Assembly: GCA_034670305.1 (NCBI GenBank)
Contig: JAXMNT010000002.1
Coordinates: 160,001 to 224,000, forward strand
DNA: 64,000 nt
Origin: Deltaproteobacteria bacterium
GTDB lineage: Bacteria > Myxococcota_A > Polyangia > Polyangiales > Houyiibacteriaceae
Direction of reading: 5' to 3'
Of the stretch, positions 47,701 to 58,504 are shown one piece after another. The first letter of the stretch is position 1, and every line of letters begins with the position of its first letter. The notes beneath the pieces are model-generated. The model was given only the letters and a program-made list of their open reading frames with translations. It did not search any database and had not been told where the DNA came from. A program made the position numbers and the translations under genes.

Positions 47701-47830
47701 CCGCTTCCGCTTCAGCTTCCGCTTCCGGTTTCCGCTTCCGCTTCCGCTTCCGCTTCCGCTTCCGCTTCCGATTCCGCTTCCGCTTCCGCTTCCGCTTCCG
47801 CTTCTGCTTCTGCTTCTGCCGCCGCTGCCG
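47701..47830. repeat. (GCTTCC/GCTTCT)n hexamer tract upstream of argC
   Basis: Period-6 tract between the rpsI terminator and argC; no GGGCAC module. Confidence 0.9.
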
Positions 47831-47864
47831 GCTGCCGCTTCCGCGCCGCCTCCGCTCCCAAACG

Positions 47865-47900
47865 CAGAAACGCCCGCGACCGTTTCCGGGGCGGGCGTCT
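47865..47900 (-). terminator. Probable terminator hairpin after rpsI
   Basis: Minus strand GACGCCCGC...GCGGGCGTT followed by TCTGCGTTT. Confidence 0.6.
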
Positions 47901-47919
47901 GCTCAACCAAGCTCGAAGA

Positions 47920-48327
47920 TCAACGCTTCGAGTACTGGAACTTCTTGCGGGCGCCCGGCTGACCGGGCTTCTTGCGCTCCTTCTTGCGGGAGTCGCGGGT
48001 GAGAAGGCCTTCCTTCTTGAGCGCCGGCTTGAGGTCTTCGTCCATCGCGACGAGCGCGCGGGAGATGCCGTGGCGGACCGCTTCGGCCTGCGACGACACG
48101 CCGCCGCCATCCACGTTCACCGTGACGTCGTACTGACCACGCTTGGCGACCGCGTCGAAGGGCTGCTCGATGATCATGCGAAGCACCTCGCGCGGGAAGT
48201 AGTCCGCGAACGTGCGCTTGTTGATCGTGATGGTGCCGGTTCCGGTGCTGAGGAAGACGCGCGCGACCGCGTTCTTCCGTCGTCCGGTGCCGTAGAACTT
48301 ACCGTGAATCTCTTTGGGCCTGGCCAT
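47920..48327 (-). CDS. rpsI: 30S ribosomal protein S9
   Basis: YGTGRRK, GGG.S.QA.A.RHGI, LLTRDSR, ARKKFQYSKR. Confidence 0.98.
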   Translation of the reverse strand: MARPKEIHGKFYGTGRRKNAVARVFLSTGTGTITINKRTFADYFPREVLRMIIEQPFDAVAKRGQYDVTVNVDGGGVSSQAEAVRHGISRALVAMDEDLKPALKKEGLLTRDSRKKERKKPGQPGARKKFQYSKR

Positions 48328-48340
48328 GGTGATCTCTGCT

Positions 48341-48781
48341 TCAGTAGGTGAAGGGTTGCGGCTTCTGGGCCGCGTGGGGATGGGTCGGGCCTGCGTAGAC
48401 CTTGAGCTTGCGGAAACACTGACGGCCGAGGGAGGTCTTCGGGAGCATGCCCTTGACGGCCTTCTCGACGGCGAGCTCCGGTCGACGCTGCAGCAGGTCG
48501 CCGTAGGCTTCCGACTTCAGGCCACCCGGGTACCCACTGTGGTGGAACCAGCGCTTGGCGGTCAGCTTGCGTCCCGTCAGCTTCACCTTCTCCGCGTTGA
48601 CGACAACGACGAAGTCGCCGGTGTCCGCGTGGGGGGTGAACGTGGGACGGTGCTTGCCGCGCAAGACACTTGCGATGCGGGACGCGAGTCTACCCAAGGG
48701 GACATCGGTCGCATCGACGACCAGCCAGTGGCGGTCGATTTCGGAAGCTTTGGCGCTCTCGGTACGCATGGATTCGAACAT
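48341..48781 (-). CDS. rplM: 50S ribosomal protein L13
   Basis: [40 protein letters not shown]; start 48781 or 48769. Confidence 0.98.
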   Translation of the reverse strand: MFESMRTESAKASEIDRHWLVVDATDVPLGRLASRIASVLRGKHRPTFTPHADTGDFVVVVNAEKVKLTGRKLTAKRWFHHSGYPGGLKSEAYGDLLQRRPELAVEKAVKGMLPKTSLGRQCFRKLKVYAGPTHPHAAQKPQPFTY

Positions 48782-49052
48782 TCCTTCTGCCCATGGGATC
48801 CCGAGGATCCACGAGGGGGCGGTGTGTTAGCCCCGTGATTCCGGGGTGTCAAGCCAGCCCCAGCACAACGCCGCCGAATCGGGACCAGAGTTGCTTGGCC
48901 CAGAGCAGGGGCAACAGGGCTGGCCCAGCGGTGGAACCGTGGGATCCGCCCCCTCTGGCCATCCTCTGGTCCGATCCTGCACCCCGAAGTCCAAGATCGC
49001 CCTCCTGCGTGCGCAGAAATCGGACAGCCGACCCTACCCATTTGGGTGACGT

Positions 49053-49976
49053 GTGTTAGTACGGGACGTGCCTTTCACATTGTCTCCAGGCGACGTTCTT
49101 GCCGAACGATACATCCTTCGGTGCCCTTTGGGCGCCGGTGGCATGGCGGACGTCTGGGCGGCTTATCACCAAGATTTGGGTCGTGAAGTCGCCATCAAGG
49201 TGATCAAACCCGAGCTGTGCGAAGAACCGACCTCGGTCGAGCGGTTTCTCACCGAAGCCCGGACCGTCTCCCGGATCAGCCACCCTTACATCGTCGAAGT
49301 CTTCGATCTGGGGAAGTTGCCCGATGGCCGGCCCTTCATGGTCATGCCCCGGCTGCTCGGGCAGTCCCTCGAGGAGCTGCGGGAGCGGGTGGGTCGATTG
49401 CCGCTCCGCGAAGTGGTGCTCTTGATGGAGGGGATCGCTCAGGCCATCGACACCTTGCACGAGAGCAACGTGATCCACCGGGACATCAAGCCGGACAACC
49501 TTTTCTCCAGCGTGGCCGACGACGGCTCGGAGCGGGTGATCCTCATCGACTTCGGGCTCGCCCGCACGTTGCACGGGGACAAGGTGACCGCCGAGAACAC
49601 CTTGCTCGGCACCCCGCACTACATGCCGCCCGAGCTCGTGACCTCAGGTTGGACCAAGGCCGGGGACGTGTACTCCTTCGCGGTCGTGCTCTGCGAGCTG
49701 TACACGGGCCAGCTGCCCTTCGATTACGGCACGCCGATGGAGCTGATGCAGCGCAAGATGTACAACGACGCGCCGTTGGTGAGCGAACTCGCGAGCGATC
49801 GGGTGCCGGCGCTGGTCGACGAACTGTTCCGCCAGTCGCTCTCGCGCAATCCAGACGACCGGCCGAAGACCTGTGGCGACCTGCTGGGGGCCCTTCGCAT
49901 GGTCTCCCACATCCGCGTGACACCCATCGGCGGGGTCCGACGCTCCGACGCGCCGCCGCGGTCGAAGACCGGCTGA
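49053..49976 (+). CDS. Cytoplasmic Ser/Thr protein kinase (kinase domain only)
   Basis: GAGGMADVW, VAIK, HRDIKPDN, DFG, GTPHYMPPE, DVYS. Confidence 0.92.
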   Translation: MLVRDVPFTLSPGDVLAERYILRCPLGAGGMADVWAAYHQDLGREVAIKVIKPELCEEPTSVERFLTEARTVSRISHPYIVEVFDLGKLPDGRPFMVMPRLLGQSLEELRERVGRLPLREVVLLMEGIAQAIDTLHESNVIHRDIKPDNLFSSVADDGSERVILIDFGLARTLHGDKVTAENTLLGTPHYMPPELVTSGWTKAGDVYSFAVVLCELYTGQLPFDYGTPMELMQRKMYNDAPLVSELASDRVPALVDELFRQSLSRNPDDRPKTCGDLLGALRMVSHIRVTPIGGVRRSDAPPRSKTG

Positions 49977-50018
49977 GCCTGGATCGACACCGGGGCTGGC
50001 CGGAGTAGGGTCCGTCCG

Positions 50019-53000
50019 ATGGCGGAGGTGGAGGAGCCGGACGAGGAAGCACTGCGGGTGGGCGGCGAGGGATCGGTGCGCCCGGGGACCGACGCAGACA
50101 CAGAAGCAGAAGCAGAAGCAGAAGCCGATGCAGAAGCAGAAGCAGAAGCCGATGCAGAAGCAGAAGCAGAAGCAGAAGCAGAAGCAGAAGCAGAAGCAGA
50201 AGCAGAAGCAGAAGCAGATGCCGATGCCGATGCCGATGCCGATGCCGATGCCGATGCCGATGCTTTGGCCGTGGACGACCGGATGGACGGCGGGGAGGTG
50301 GTGGCGAAGCCGTACGAGCCGAACGCGATCTTGCGGTGGGTGTACGGGCGGTTCTTCAGCCACATCCATGTAGACGAGACGTGGAGTGGCGCGGTGCGGG
50401 AGTCGGCACGCAAGGGGGTGGTCGTGTACGTGATGCGCAGCATCTCCTTCCTCGACTTCTTGTGTCTCGACTTCCTCCTGAAACGGTTCGGCCTGCCGCT
50501 CGTGCGGTTCGTCAACGATCTGGGGCTGTGGATCCTCGAACCCTTTGGCAAGGGCGGGCGCCGGCTCCGACTCAAGCGGCAGATCCCGGAAGCGCAGGCG
50601 CTCACCGACGTGATGAGTGAGCACTACTCCGCCCTGCTCTTCTTGAGACGCGCGCCAAGATTTGGCCGGACCGCGCGCAAGGGCCAGAAGCTCGAGACCG
50701 ATCTCATCCGCACGCTCGTGGAAGCACAGCGGAAGATCTCCGAACCCATTCTCCTCGTGCCGCAGACCTTCGTCTGGTCGAAGCTGCCGCCGAAGCGGCG
50801 GCGCAGCATCGTCGACCTCTTCTTCGGACCGGTGGAGTGGCCAGGGAAGATCCGCGTGTTCTTCCAGTTCCTCTTCAACTACCGCAACGCGCTCTTGCGC
50901 ACCGGAGAGCCCTTCGACCTCGCCGCCTTCATCGAAGGGCATCAGGAGCTCACCGACGCCGAGATCGCCGACAAGGTGCGGTACGCCATGCTGCGGCGAA
51001 TCCAGCGCGAACGAACGCTGGTGCTCGGGCCGACGAAGAAGACGCCGGGCCGGATCCAAGAAGAACTTTTGCGCAGCCCCCGAGTGCGACGGCACATCCT
51101 CGCAGCCGCGCGCACGTCGAAGAAGAAGATCCCGAAGATCGAACGGGAGGCGCGCAAGGACCTCGACAAACTCTGCGCGCAGCAGACCCCGTACATGCTG
51201 GGGGTCCTCTCGCGGTTGCTCAACTGGGTGTTCAGCCGGATCTACGACGGCGTGGTGGTCGACCCCGAAGGCATCGAGCGGGTCCGGGAAGCTGCGCGCG
51301 AGGGAACGCTGATCTACCTGCCGAGCCACAAGAGCCACGTGGACTACCTGGTGCTCAGCCACGTGCTCTACCACCGCGCGTTGGCACCGCCGCTCATCGC
51401 CGCCGGCGAGAACCTGAGCTTCTTTCCACTCGGTCCCATCCTTCGCCGCGGCGGCGCCTTCTTCATCAAACGTTCCTTCCGTGGCAAGAAGCTCTACGCG
51501 GCGCTGGTGGACGCGTACCTGCGGAAGCTCATCGTCGAAGGGTTCCCGATCGAGTTCTTCATCGAAGGCGGACGCTCCCGGACAGGCAAGTTGCTCGCCC
51601 CGAAGTTCGGGCTGCTCTCCATGGTGGTGGACGCGGCGCTCCGGCTCCGGATGCGCAAGGTCTTCTTCGTCCCGATCTCGATCGGCTACGAGCGGGTGAT
51701 CGAAGAGCGCAGCTACGTGCACGAACTCGGTGGCGGAGAGAAGCAGGACGAGAACGTCGGCGGGCTCTTGAAGACGCCCGATGTGCTCCGCTCGAAGTAC
51801 GGGCGGCTCTACGTACAGTTCGGCAAGATCCTCTCGTTTCAGGACGCGCTCGACGAGGTGGTCGGCCAAGGCAAGTCGGACGACCGCGAGGCGATCACGC
51901 CGAAGCAGCGCCGCGCGCTCGTGCAGCGCATCGCGCACCGCGTCACGTACCGCATCGACCGGGTCACCGTCGTCACCCCAGCGGCGTTGGTGGCGTCGGC
52001 GCTTCTGGTGCACCGCCGCCGCGGCATCACCCAGCGCGCGCTCTTCGAACGGTGCCGGGTGTTGCTCGACTCCCTTCAGCGCCTCGGTGCCCGCATCGCC
52101 GACTCCCTGCTCACCGAGAGCGACGAGCTGCGTCTCGACACCCTGGAGGAAGCGCTCCAGCTCTTCGAAGACGCCAAGCTCATCAAACGCGCGGAGGCCG
52201 CCGAAGCGATCTTCCAGGTGCAGGACCAGCGGAGGCTCGCGCTCGAGTACTACAAGAACAACATCGTGCACTTCTTCGTGCCGTCCGCGCTGATCGGCGC
52301 CGTGTTGCAAGCGAGCGGCGACGTCCTGTTGACCGAAGACGAACTGCACCAGCGGGTTCAGGTGCTCTCGCGCCTGTTCAAGTATGAGTTCATGTTCCGC
52401 GCCGACGCGCCTTTCGACGACATCTTCGACGACGCGCTCGCGACCATGCTCGACGCGGGCGAGATCGAACGCGTCGAACCCCGCCGACGCCGAGACGACG
52501 ACAACCCACTTGCCGCGCTCGAAGGCGTCGCGCTCGAGGATGTGGATTCGGATGTGGATGGCGAAGCCGAAGCCGAAGCCGAAGCCGAAGCCGAAGCCGA
52601 AGCCGAAGCCGAGCCCGAATCCGAAGCCGGAGCCGGAGCCGATGCCGATGCCGATGCCGATGCCGATGCCGATGCCGATGCCGATGCCGATGCCGATGCC
52701 GATGCCGATGCCGATGCCGATGCCGATGCCGACGCCGAAGCCGACACCGACGCCGACACCGAAGCCGACACCGAAGCCGAAGCCGAAGCCGACACCGACG
52801 CCGACGCCGACGCCGACACCGAAGCCGACAGTGACGGGACGGTTTTGCGGCAGGGGGGTGGGGTCGCGGGGCGCCGGGTGGAGATGTACGCCGCGATGCT
52901 GCGCGCGTACATCGAGGCGTACCTGCTCGCGGTGCGTGCGGTGAGCGGACTGGACCCTGAAGGCGTGGACCGCAAGGGCTGGGTGAAGCGCACGCTCGCG

Positions 53001-53198
53001 CTCGGGCAGCGCAGTTACCTGGCCGGGGAACTCGAACACCGCGAAGCGCTCTCGAAGCCCAAACTCGAAGCCGCCCTCGCCTCATTGAAGGATCAGAAAC
53101 TGGTGCGGTTCGGACCGGACGAGACGTTGTTGCCCGGCGGCAAGGGATCCGAACTCGTGCAGCTCGAGCGCCGGCTCGCGTCCCTGTTGCGCGACTGA
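50019..53198 (+). CDS. plsB: Glycerol-3-phosphate acyltransferase, PlsB-like, with two acidic low-complexity tracts
   Basis: PSHKSHVD (HX4D), [25 protein letters not shown]; start uncertain. Confidence 0.85.
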   Translation: MAEVEEPDEEALRVGGEGSVRPGTDADTEAEAEAEADAEAEAEADAEAEAEAEAEAEAEAEAEAEADADADADADADADADALAVDDRMDGGEVVAKPYEPNAILRWVYGRFFSHIHVDETWSGAVRESARKGVVVYVMRSISFLDFLCLDFLLKRFGLPLVRFVNDLGLWILEPFGKGGRRLRLKRQIPEAQALTDVMSEHYSALLFLRRAPRFGRTARKGQKLETDLIRTLVEAQRKISEPILLVPQTFVWSKLPPKRRRSIVDLFFGPVEWPGKIRVFFQFLFNYRNALLRTGEPFDLAAFIEGHQELTDAEIADKVRYAMLRRIQRERTLVLGPTKKTPGRIQEELLRSPRVRRHILAAARTSKKKIPKIEREARKDLDKLCAQQTPYMLGVLSRLLNWVFSRIYDGVVVDPEGIERVREAAREGTLIYLPSHKSHVDYLVLSHVLYHRALAPPLIAAGENLSFFPLGPILRRGGAFFIKRSFRGKKLYAALVDAYLRKLIVEGFPIEFFIEGGRSRTGKLLAPKFGLLSMVVDAALRLRMRKVFFVPISIGYERVIEERSYVHELGGGEKQDENVGGLLKTPDVLRSKYGRLYVQFGKILSFQDALDEVVGQGKSDDREAITPKQRRALVQRIAHRVTYRIDRVTVVTPAALVASALLVHRRRGITQRALFERCRVLLDSLQRLGARIADSLLTESDELRLDTLEEALQLFEDAKLIKRAEAAEAIFQVQDQRRLALEYYKNNIVHFFVPSALIGAVLQASGDVLLTEDELHQRVQVLSRLFKYEFMFRADAPFDDIFDDALATMLDAGEIERVEPRRRRDDDNPLAALEGVALEDVDSDVDGEAEAEAEAEAEAEAEAEPESEAGAGADADADADADADADADADADADADADADADADAEADTDADTEADTEAEAEADTDADADADTEADSDGTVLRQGGGVAGRRVEMYAAMLRAYIEAYLLAVRAVSGLDPEGVDRKGWVKRTLALGQRSYLAGELEHREALSKPKLEAALASLKDQKLVRFGPDETLLPGGKGSELVQLERRLASLLRD
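50090..50264 (+). repeat. In-frame (GCAGAA)n/(GCCGAT)n tract at the PlsB N-terminus
   Basis: AEAEAE...ADADAD. Confidence 0.9.
52560..52830 (+). repeat. In-frame (GCCGAA)n/(GCCGAT)n/(ACCGAC) tract inside the PlsB C-terminal region
   Basis: About 90 codons of AE/AD/TD dipeptides; frame preserved. Confidence 0.92.
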
Positions 53199-53246
53199 CC
53201 GCGCAGAGCCCGCGCCAGCCCGGCAGCAGAGTGCGCAGCTTCGCAG

Positions 53247-54074
53247 CTACGTCCAGTGGCGGCAGACCGGTTGCATCACGCACCGCCCGCAGGCGTCGTC
53301 GTTGCGCGCGCTGGGACACGCCTTCGAGACGCCGAGGTGGCAGATCGCGAAGTCGTACTTCACCGGATCGGCCGCATCGAACCGGCGAAGCGAAGCGGTG
53401 ATCGACTCGGCCGTCTTCCACGACGCGTCACGCCGCTCGGTCAGCCCGAGGTTGAACGCGATGCGCTGTACGTGCGTGTCGACTGGGATGAGGAGGCTCG
53501 CTGGAGCGAGCGGCCACTGACCGAGGTCGATCCCATCGTCGGGCCGGATCATCCAGCGCAGCCAGAGCCAGAGCCGCTTGCACGCGCTGCCCGCCCGCGC
53601 GTTCGGCACGAGGTGTGCGAGGCCGCGGTCGACGTTCGGTCCCCGAAGCGCGTCCCCAAACCGGGCGAGCGCTTCCTGCGTGCCGTGGAATTGCAACGAC
53701 GCGAACGCCGCACCGAGCGTTCCATGTTGACGCCGCACGAGCGACGCGCGGTGCAGCAAGGTCGCCACGTGTTCGCCTCGGTAGACCCGGTGCTTGAACC
53801 CAGCGAGCCGACGAAGCAGCTTGGGTTTGCCCATCGCGATCGCTTGCGCGGGCGGCCCGTCGAGCGCCTCGAGCACCCGGGCGATGCTCCGGCGGATCGA
53901 GGTCACGTTCCCGAAGGCCAGGCTCGACGCGAGCAGCGCCACCACCTCGCGGTCGTCCGGATCCTCGTACGCACGCACGAGGCCCACCGGGTCGTCGTGG
54001 ATCTTCGCGGCGGGATCGAGGTCCGCCAGCAGCGCGTCGAGTCGAGACTTGAGCGCCCGGTCGCTCCGGTTCAT
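53247..54074 (-). CDS. TIGR02757/DUF2400 family protein (HhH-GPD-like)
   Basis: [46 protein letters not shown]. Confidence 0.9.
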   Translation of the reverse strand: MNRSDRALKSRLDALLADLDPAAKIHDDPVGLVRAYEDPDDREVVALLASSLAFGNVTSIRRSIARVLEALDGPPAQAIAMGKPKLLRRLAGFKHRVYRGEHVATLLHRASLVRRQHGTLGAAFASLQFHGTQEALARFGDALRGPNVDRGLAHLVPNARAGSACKRLWLWLRWMIRPDDGIDLGQWPLAPASLLIPVDTHVQRIAFNLGLTERRDASWKTAESITASLRRFDAADPVKYDFAICHLGVSKACPSARNDDACGRCVMQPVCRHWT

Positions 54075-54095
54075 CTCGCTGCTATAGCGCACGCC

Positions 54096-55391
54096 GTGAG
54101 TCCCGGGTCCCACTTCCCACGCGCCCCCTCTGAACTCGTGCGTCGCACCGTCGCGGAACTCGTGCTCTGCATCGCGGTGGTCTGCGGTGCTTCCGCCGCG
54201 CGCGCACAACCGGCGACCGAAGACGCCATCCGCGAACCATCCGGCCCCTACTGGCTCGACGTCGGGGCCCGAAGCGCGCGTCTGCTCTACGAACACGGCG
54301 GAGACGCGCTCGACATCCAGAGCACCGCGGGCATCGTCGACGCCATCGCGCGGCCCGGCCCGGACGGTGGACGGCTGCACGAGATCCTGCTCGACGAACT
54401 GGAGCCCGGGCAGCGCTACGAGGTCACCCTCACCGGACCGGCGGGCGCGACGACGACCTCGATCCAGACTCCGCCGATCGGTGGGGATCTGTCGCTGCTC
54501 GTCTACGGCGACGTGCGCACGAACCACGCAGTCCACCGGCGCGTGGTCCGGCAGATGGCGACCCACGAAGACGCGCACGCGGTGCTGCACACCGGCGATT
54601 TCGTCGAGGTCGGCGGCCGGCCCGCCGACTGGCATACCTACTTCGAGATCGCCGCCCCCCTGCTCGAGACGCGGGCGCTCTTTCCGTGCCTCGGCAACCA
54701 CGAGATCTACGGGCCCGGAGGCCGCCGGCGGTTTCACCGCTACTTCATGCCGACCGCACAGACCGAGTACGCGGCGTGGACCTACGGACCGGTCCGAATC
54801 ATCAGCGTCGACTCGAACGACGAGTTCGGCGAAGACAGCCACCAACTCGAATGGCTGCAGAACGAACTCGAATCTGCCCGCGACCACGAGGGGGTCCGGT
54901 TCGTGGTCGTGCTCCTCCACCACGGACCCATCTCGAGCGGTCGCCACGGAGACCACCGGCGGCTGCGCCCCCTCGGGGTCGTGGACTGGTTGCGCGCGGC
55001 CAAGGTCGACCTCGTGATCAGTGGCCACGACCACATGTACGAGCGCGGGACCGAGGACGGGCTCAAGTACATCGTCACCGGTGGCGGGGGCGCGCCCCTT
55101 TACGACGTGAACCGTCACCACCCTGCCCAGCAAGCGTTCGCGATCCAGCACCACTTCTTGCGGCTCGACTTCGAAGGCGACGCCATGCGCCTGACCACGA
55201 TCGACGACGAGGGCGAGGACCTGGAGCGCTGCGAAGCGAACGGCCAAGCCGGACCCTGGCGGTGTGCCCTGGAGGTCGGCCGCGCCCAAGGCCAGCCGCC
55301 CCCGACCGGAATGCACTGGATCGTCTGGCTTGCGATCGGCCTCGTGCTCTTCGCCGCCGCCCTCTTCTGGCGCAGCCGACTCCGCCGGTAG
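54096..55391 (+). CDS. Purple acid phosphatase-like metallophosphoesterase with FN3-like domain and C-terminal TM
   Basis: [31 protein letters not shown]; start 54096 or 54138. Confidence 0.88.
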   Translation: MSPGSHFPRAPSELVRRTVAELVLCIAVVCGASAARAQPATEDAIREPSGPYWLDVGARSARLLYEHGGDALDIQSTAGIVDAIARPGPDGGRLHEILLDELEPGQRYEVTLTGPAGATTTSIQTPPIGGDLSLLVYGDVRTNHAVHRRVVRQMATHEDAHAVLHTGDFVEVGGRPADWHTYFEIAAPLLETRALFPCLGNHEIYGPGGRRRFHRYFMPTAQTEYAAWTYGPVRIISVDSNDEFGEDSHQLEWLQNELESARDHEGVRFVVVLLHHGPISSGRHGDHRRLRPLGVVDWLRAAKVDLVISGHDHMYERGTEDGLKYIVTGGGGAPLYDVNRHHPAQQAFAIQHHFLRLDFEGDAMRLTTIDDEGEDLERCEANGQAGPWRCALEVGRAQGQPPPTGMHWIVWLAIGLVLFAAALFWRSRLRR

Positions 55392-55398
55392 AAGGTCG

Positions 55399-55679
55399 GG
55401 CTTCGGCGTCGGCATCGGCGTCGGCTTCGGCTTCGGCTTCGGCTTCGGCTTCGGGGTCGGCGTCGGCATCGGCGTCGGCTTCGGCGTCGGCTTCGGCATC
55501 GGCGTCGGCTTCGGCATCGGCTTCGGCTTCGGCTTCGGCTTCGGCTTCGGCTTCGGCATCGGCATCGGCATCGGCATCGGCATCGGCGTCGGCGTCGGCT
55601 TCGGCTTCGGCTTCGGCGTCGGAGGAACCACAGGCACGGGCACGGGCACGGGCACGGGCACGGGCATGGGCGGGCGGGG
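55399..55679. repeat. Composite hexamer element 4
   Basis: (GGCNTC)n 55399-55620; linker aggaaccaca; (GGGCAC)n 55633-55670. Confidence 0.92.
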
Positions 55680-55728
55680 ACCATCATCTCCCAGAGCAGG
55701 CGTCGACGCGGGGTGCTACGGTCCGCGC

Positions 55729-56355
55729 GTGAGCGATTCGGAGCGAGACCTGACTGGGCGCTGCGGAACCTGTGGCTGGTTCAAACGCATGGGCGAAGAC
55801 GAGCGTGGGGCACACGGCGAGTGCAAACTCGGCATGGGGTTCCCGCCGCTGCGCGACACCGGCACCTGCCCCCGCCACAAAGCGATCGGTGCTTCGTTCG
55901 CAGGTTCCCTCAAAGTCAAAGCCGTCGCCGGCACGCCCAAGCGGCACCGGCCGGACACCGAGACCGTTCAAGAGCGTCCGACCATTCCCAAGGAGATAGG
56001 CATCGACATGGACCAAGACCAATTCCGTCAAGTGCTTCGGGAGGTGCTCCTCGACGAACTCGGCGTGCGCGACGTGCAGATGGGCGACCGCTGGGTAGAC
56101 GGGGAGCTCGTGCTCAAGCCGGGCAAAGAAGGCACCGCAGACAAGTCGATCCCGCTCGATGTCTTCTTCCGCAAGATCGTGGGCGTCCGAGAGAAGCTCC
56201 GAGTGCTCGAGCAGAAGGTCAACGGCAACAAGTCGCTCGGCAGCGCGGAGAAGCTGCAACTGCAGCAGTACATCACCGCCTGCTACGGCTCGCTGACTTC
56301 CTTCAACGTGCTCTTCAAGGACAAGAAGGATCATTTCGTCGGCCAGAAGAGCTGA
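55729..56355 (+). CDS. Hypothetical protein with N-terminal four-Cys motif and helical C-terminal domain
   Basis: CGTC..GEC..CPRH; KIVGVREKLRVLEQKVN...LQQYIT..YGSLTSFNVLF; GTG start inferred. Confidence 0.8.
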   Translation: MSDSERDLTGRCGTCGWFKRMGEDERGAHGECKLGMGFPPLRDTGTCPRHKAIGASFAGSLKVKAVAGTPKRHRPDTETVQERPTIPKEIGIDMDQDQFRQVLREVLLDELGVRDVQMGDRWVDGELVLKPGKEGTADKSIPLDVFFRKIVGVREKLRVLEQKVNGNKSLGSAEKLQLQQYITACYGSLTSFNVLFKDKKDHFVGQKS

Positions 56356-56356
56356 C

Positions 56357-56920
56357 GTGCGTTGGCCTGCGCGACTCGGTGGGCTGCTCCTGGTGCTCTC
56401 CGCCTGCGGAACGACGAACCAGGCGGTGGTGGGCCAGTCGACGGGCGGCCCTCCCGAGACGCCCATCGAGCTCGCGCTTCGCCGGCCTGCAGGCGACTGG
56501 ATCCATGTCGGAGACCTGCGCGGGCGACCGGTGCTCCTGTTCGTCTTCGCGACCTACGACCCGGCCTGCCAGGCCGCGCTTCGACCCCTCTCGCGCTTCG
56601 CGCGCCACCATCCGGACGTGCATGTGATCGGTGTCGCTGCACAGCCGGACGCAGAGTTGCTGGTGGACGCCTACGAGTCCGCGCTCACCCCCGGCTTCCC
56701 GCTCACCTACGACCCCGAGCACGACCTCCGGTACGGCACGAGCCCGCTCGGGCGCATCGCCGGCATCCCGCTCTTCATCATGCTGGACGCCTCCGGCTTC
56801 GAAGTCGGCCGCTACCACGGCTTCCCGAGCTCCCGCTCGCTCGACATGCTGCTCGAGCGCGCCCGCGCCCGCGGCGGAGAACACGAGCCGGCCACGGACG
56901 TCCCGCTGCTCGCGGACTGA
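56357..56920 (+). CDS. TlpA/thioredoxin-fold lipoprotein lacking the canonical CxxC
   Basis: Lipobox [32 protein letters not shown]. Confidence 0.8.
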   Translation: MRWPARLGGLLLVLSACGTTNQAVVGQSTGGPPETPIELALRRPAGDWIHVGDLRGRPVLLFVFATYDPACQAALRPLSRFARHHPDVHVIGVAAQPDAELLVDAYESALTPGFPLTYDPEHDLRYGTSPLGRIAGIPLFIMLDASGFEVGRYHGFPSSRSLDMLLERARARGGEHEPATDVPLLAD

Positions 56921-56930
56921 GTCCGGGAGC

Positions 56931-57299
<369 letters not shown>

Positions 57300-57350
57300 C
57301 ACGGGCCGCTTCCGCTTCGATGAATGCCGGGGCGGGGGTATGCTGCGCGC

Positions 57351-58235
57351 ATGTCGGTTCAAGTGTTCGTCGTCACCGGGCTGAGCGGCGCGGGCCGAAG
57401 CACCGCGCTGCATGTCCTCGAGGACGTGGGGTTCTACTGTTGCGACAACCTCCCGCCCGAACTCGCGCCCCGGCTCGTGGAGATCGCCAAAGCCGGCGGA
57501 CTCGAACAACTCGGCCTCGGCGTGGATGTGCGGACCGGTGAGTTTCTGAGCGGCGCAGACGGCGTCATCTCGACGCTGCGCTCCGAAGGCAACCAGGTCG
57601 AAGTGCTCTTCTTCGACTGCGCCGACCGGGTGCTGATCCGACGCTACAGCGAGAGCCGCCGGCCCCATCCGCTTGCGCCCGGAGGCGACCTGACCGCCGC
57701 GATCCGATCGGAACGCGCGCGCTTGTCGCCGCTGCGCGCCGACGCGGCGCACGTCTTCGACACCACCGAGATGAGCGTGCACGATCTGAAGCGGGCGCTG
57801 CTCGATCACCTGGCCCGCGGGGGCGAAGCCCACACGATGGTCACACGCGTGCTCTCGTTCGGGTTCAAGTACGGTCTGCCCGCGGACGCGGACCTCGTCT
57901 TCGACCTCCGCTACCTGCCGAACCCGCACCATGTGCGTGCCCTGCGTCCGCAAACCGGCCTCGAAGAAGCGGTCTCCGAGTACGTGTTGCAGAACGAAGA
58001 AACCGAAGAGCTCCTTGGTGACCTCGAGCAGCTCTTCGCCCACACGCTCCCGAGGTACGAACGCGAAGGCAAGGCGTACCTCACCATCGCGATCGGTTGC
58101 ACCGGCGGGCGGCACCGCAGCGTGGCCGTCGCGGAAGAGCTCACCAAGCGGCTGCGGAAACACCGCGACGTCTCGATCTCCCACCGAGACGTCGAACGGG
58201 CCGGACCACGACCCAAACCCGACCCGACTTCGTGA
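57351..58235 (+). CDS. rapZ: RNase adapter RapZ family P-loop protein
   Basis: [46 protein letters not shown]. Confidence 0.96.
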   Translation: MSVQVFVVTGLSGAGRSTALHVLEDVGFYCCDNLPPELAPRLVEIAKAGGLEQLGLGVDVRTGEFLSGADGVISTLRSEGNQVEVLFFDCADRVLIRRYSESRRPHPLAPGGDLTAAIRSERARLSPLRADAAHVFDTTEMSVHDLKRALLDHLARGGEAHTMVTRVLSFGFKYGLPADADLVFDLRYLPNPHHVRALRPQTGLEEAVSEYVLQNEETEELLGDLEQLFAHTLPRYEREGKAYLTIAIGCTGGRHRSVAVAEELTKRLRKHRDVSISHRDVERAGPRPKPDPTS

Positions 58236-58504
58236 CCACCGAGCGCAGCTTCGAGATCGTCAACAAGCTTGGGCTGCACGCACGCGCCGCCGCCAAACTG
58301 GTCCGCTGCGCCGGTGGTTTTCAGAGCCACGTCGAGGTCGAGAAGGACGGACAACGCGCCGACGCCAAGAGCATCATGGGCGTGCTCTTGCTCTGCGGTG
58401 AGTGCGGCTCCCGGCTCACAGTGCGTGCCGAGGGTGAAGACGCCGAAGAAGCGGTGACGGCCATCGGAGCCCTCATCGCGGGCCGGTTCGGCGAAGACTC
58501 GTGA
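58232..58504 (+). CDS. ptsH: Phosphocarrier protein HPr
   Basis: NKLGLHARAA (His15) and DAKSIMGV (Ser46); GTGA overlap with rapZ. Confidence 0.95.
   Translation: MTTERSFEIVNKLGLHARAAAKLVRCAGGFQSHVEVEKDGQRADAKSIMGVLLLCGECGSRLTVRAEGEDAEEAVTAIGALIAGRFGEDS

Noticed and set aside
429-53039. Many long antisense or alternate-frame ORFs (e.g. 429-2021+, 11894-14476+, 30456-32942+, 35708-37816+, 49644-53039-)
   Set aside because: Shadow ORFs expected at high GC; they overlap genes with clear family motifs and have no motifs of their own
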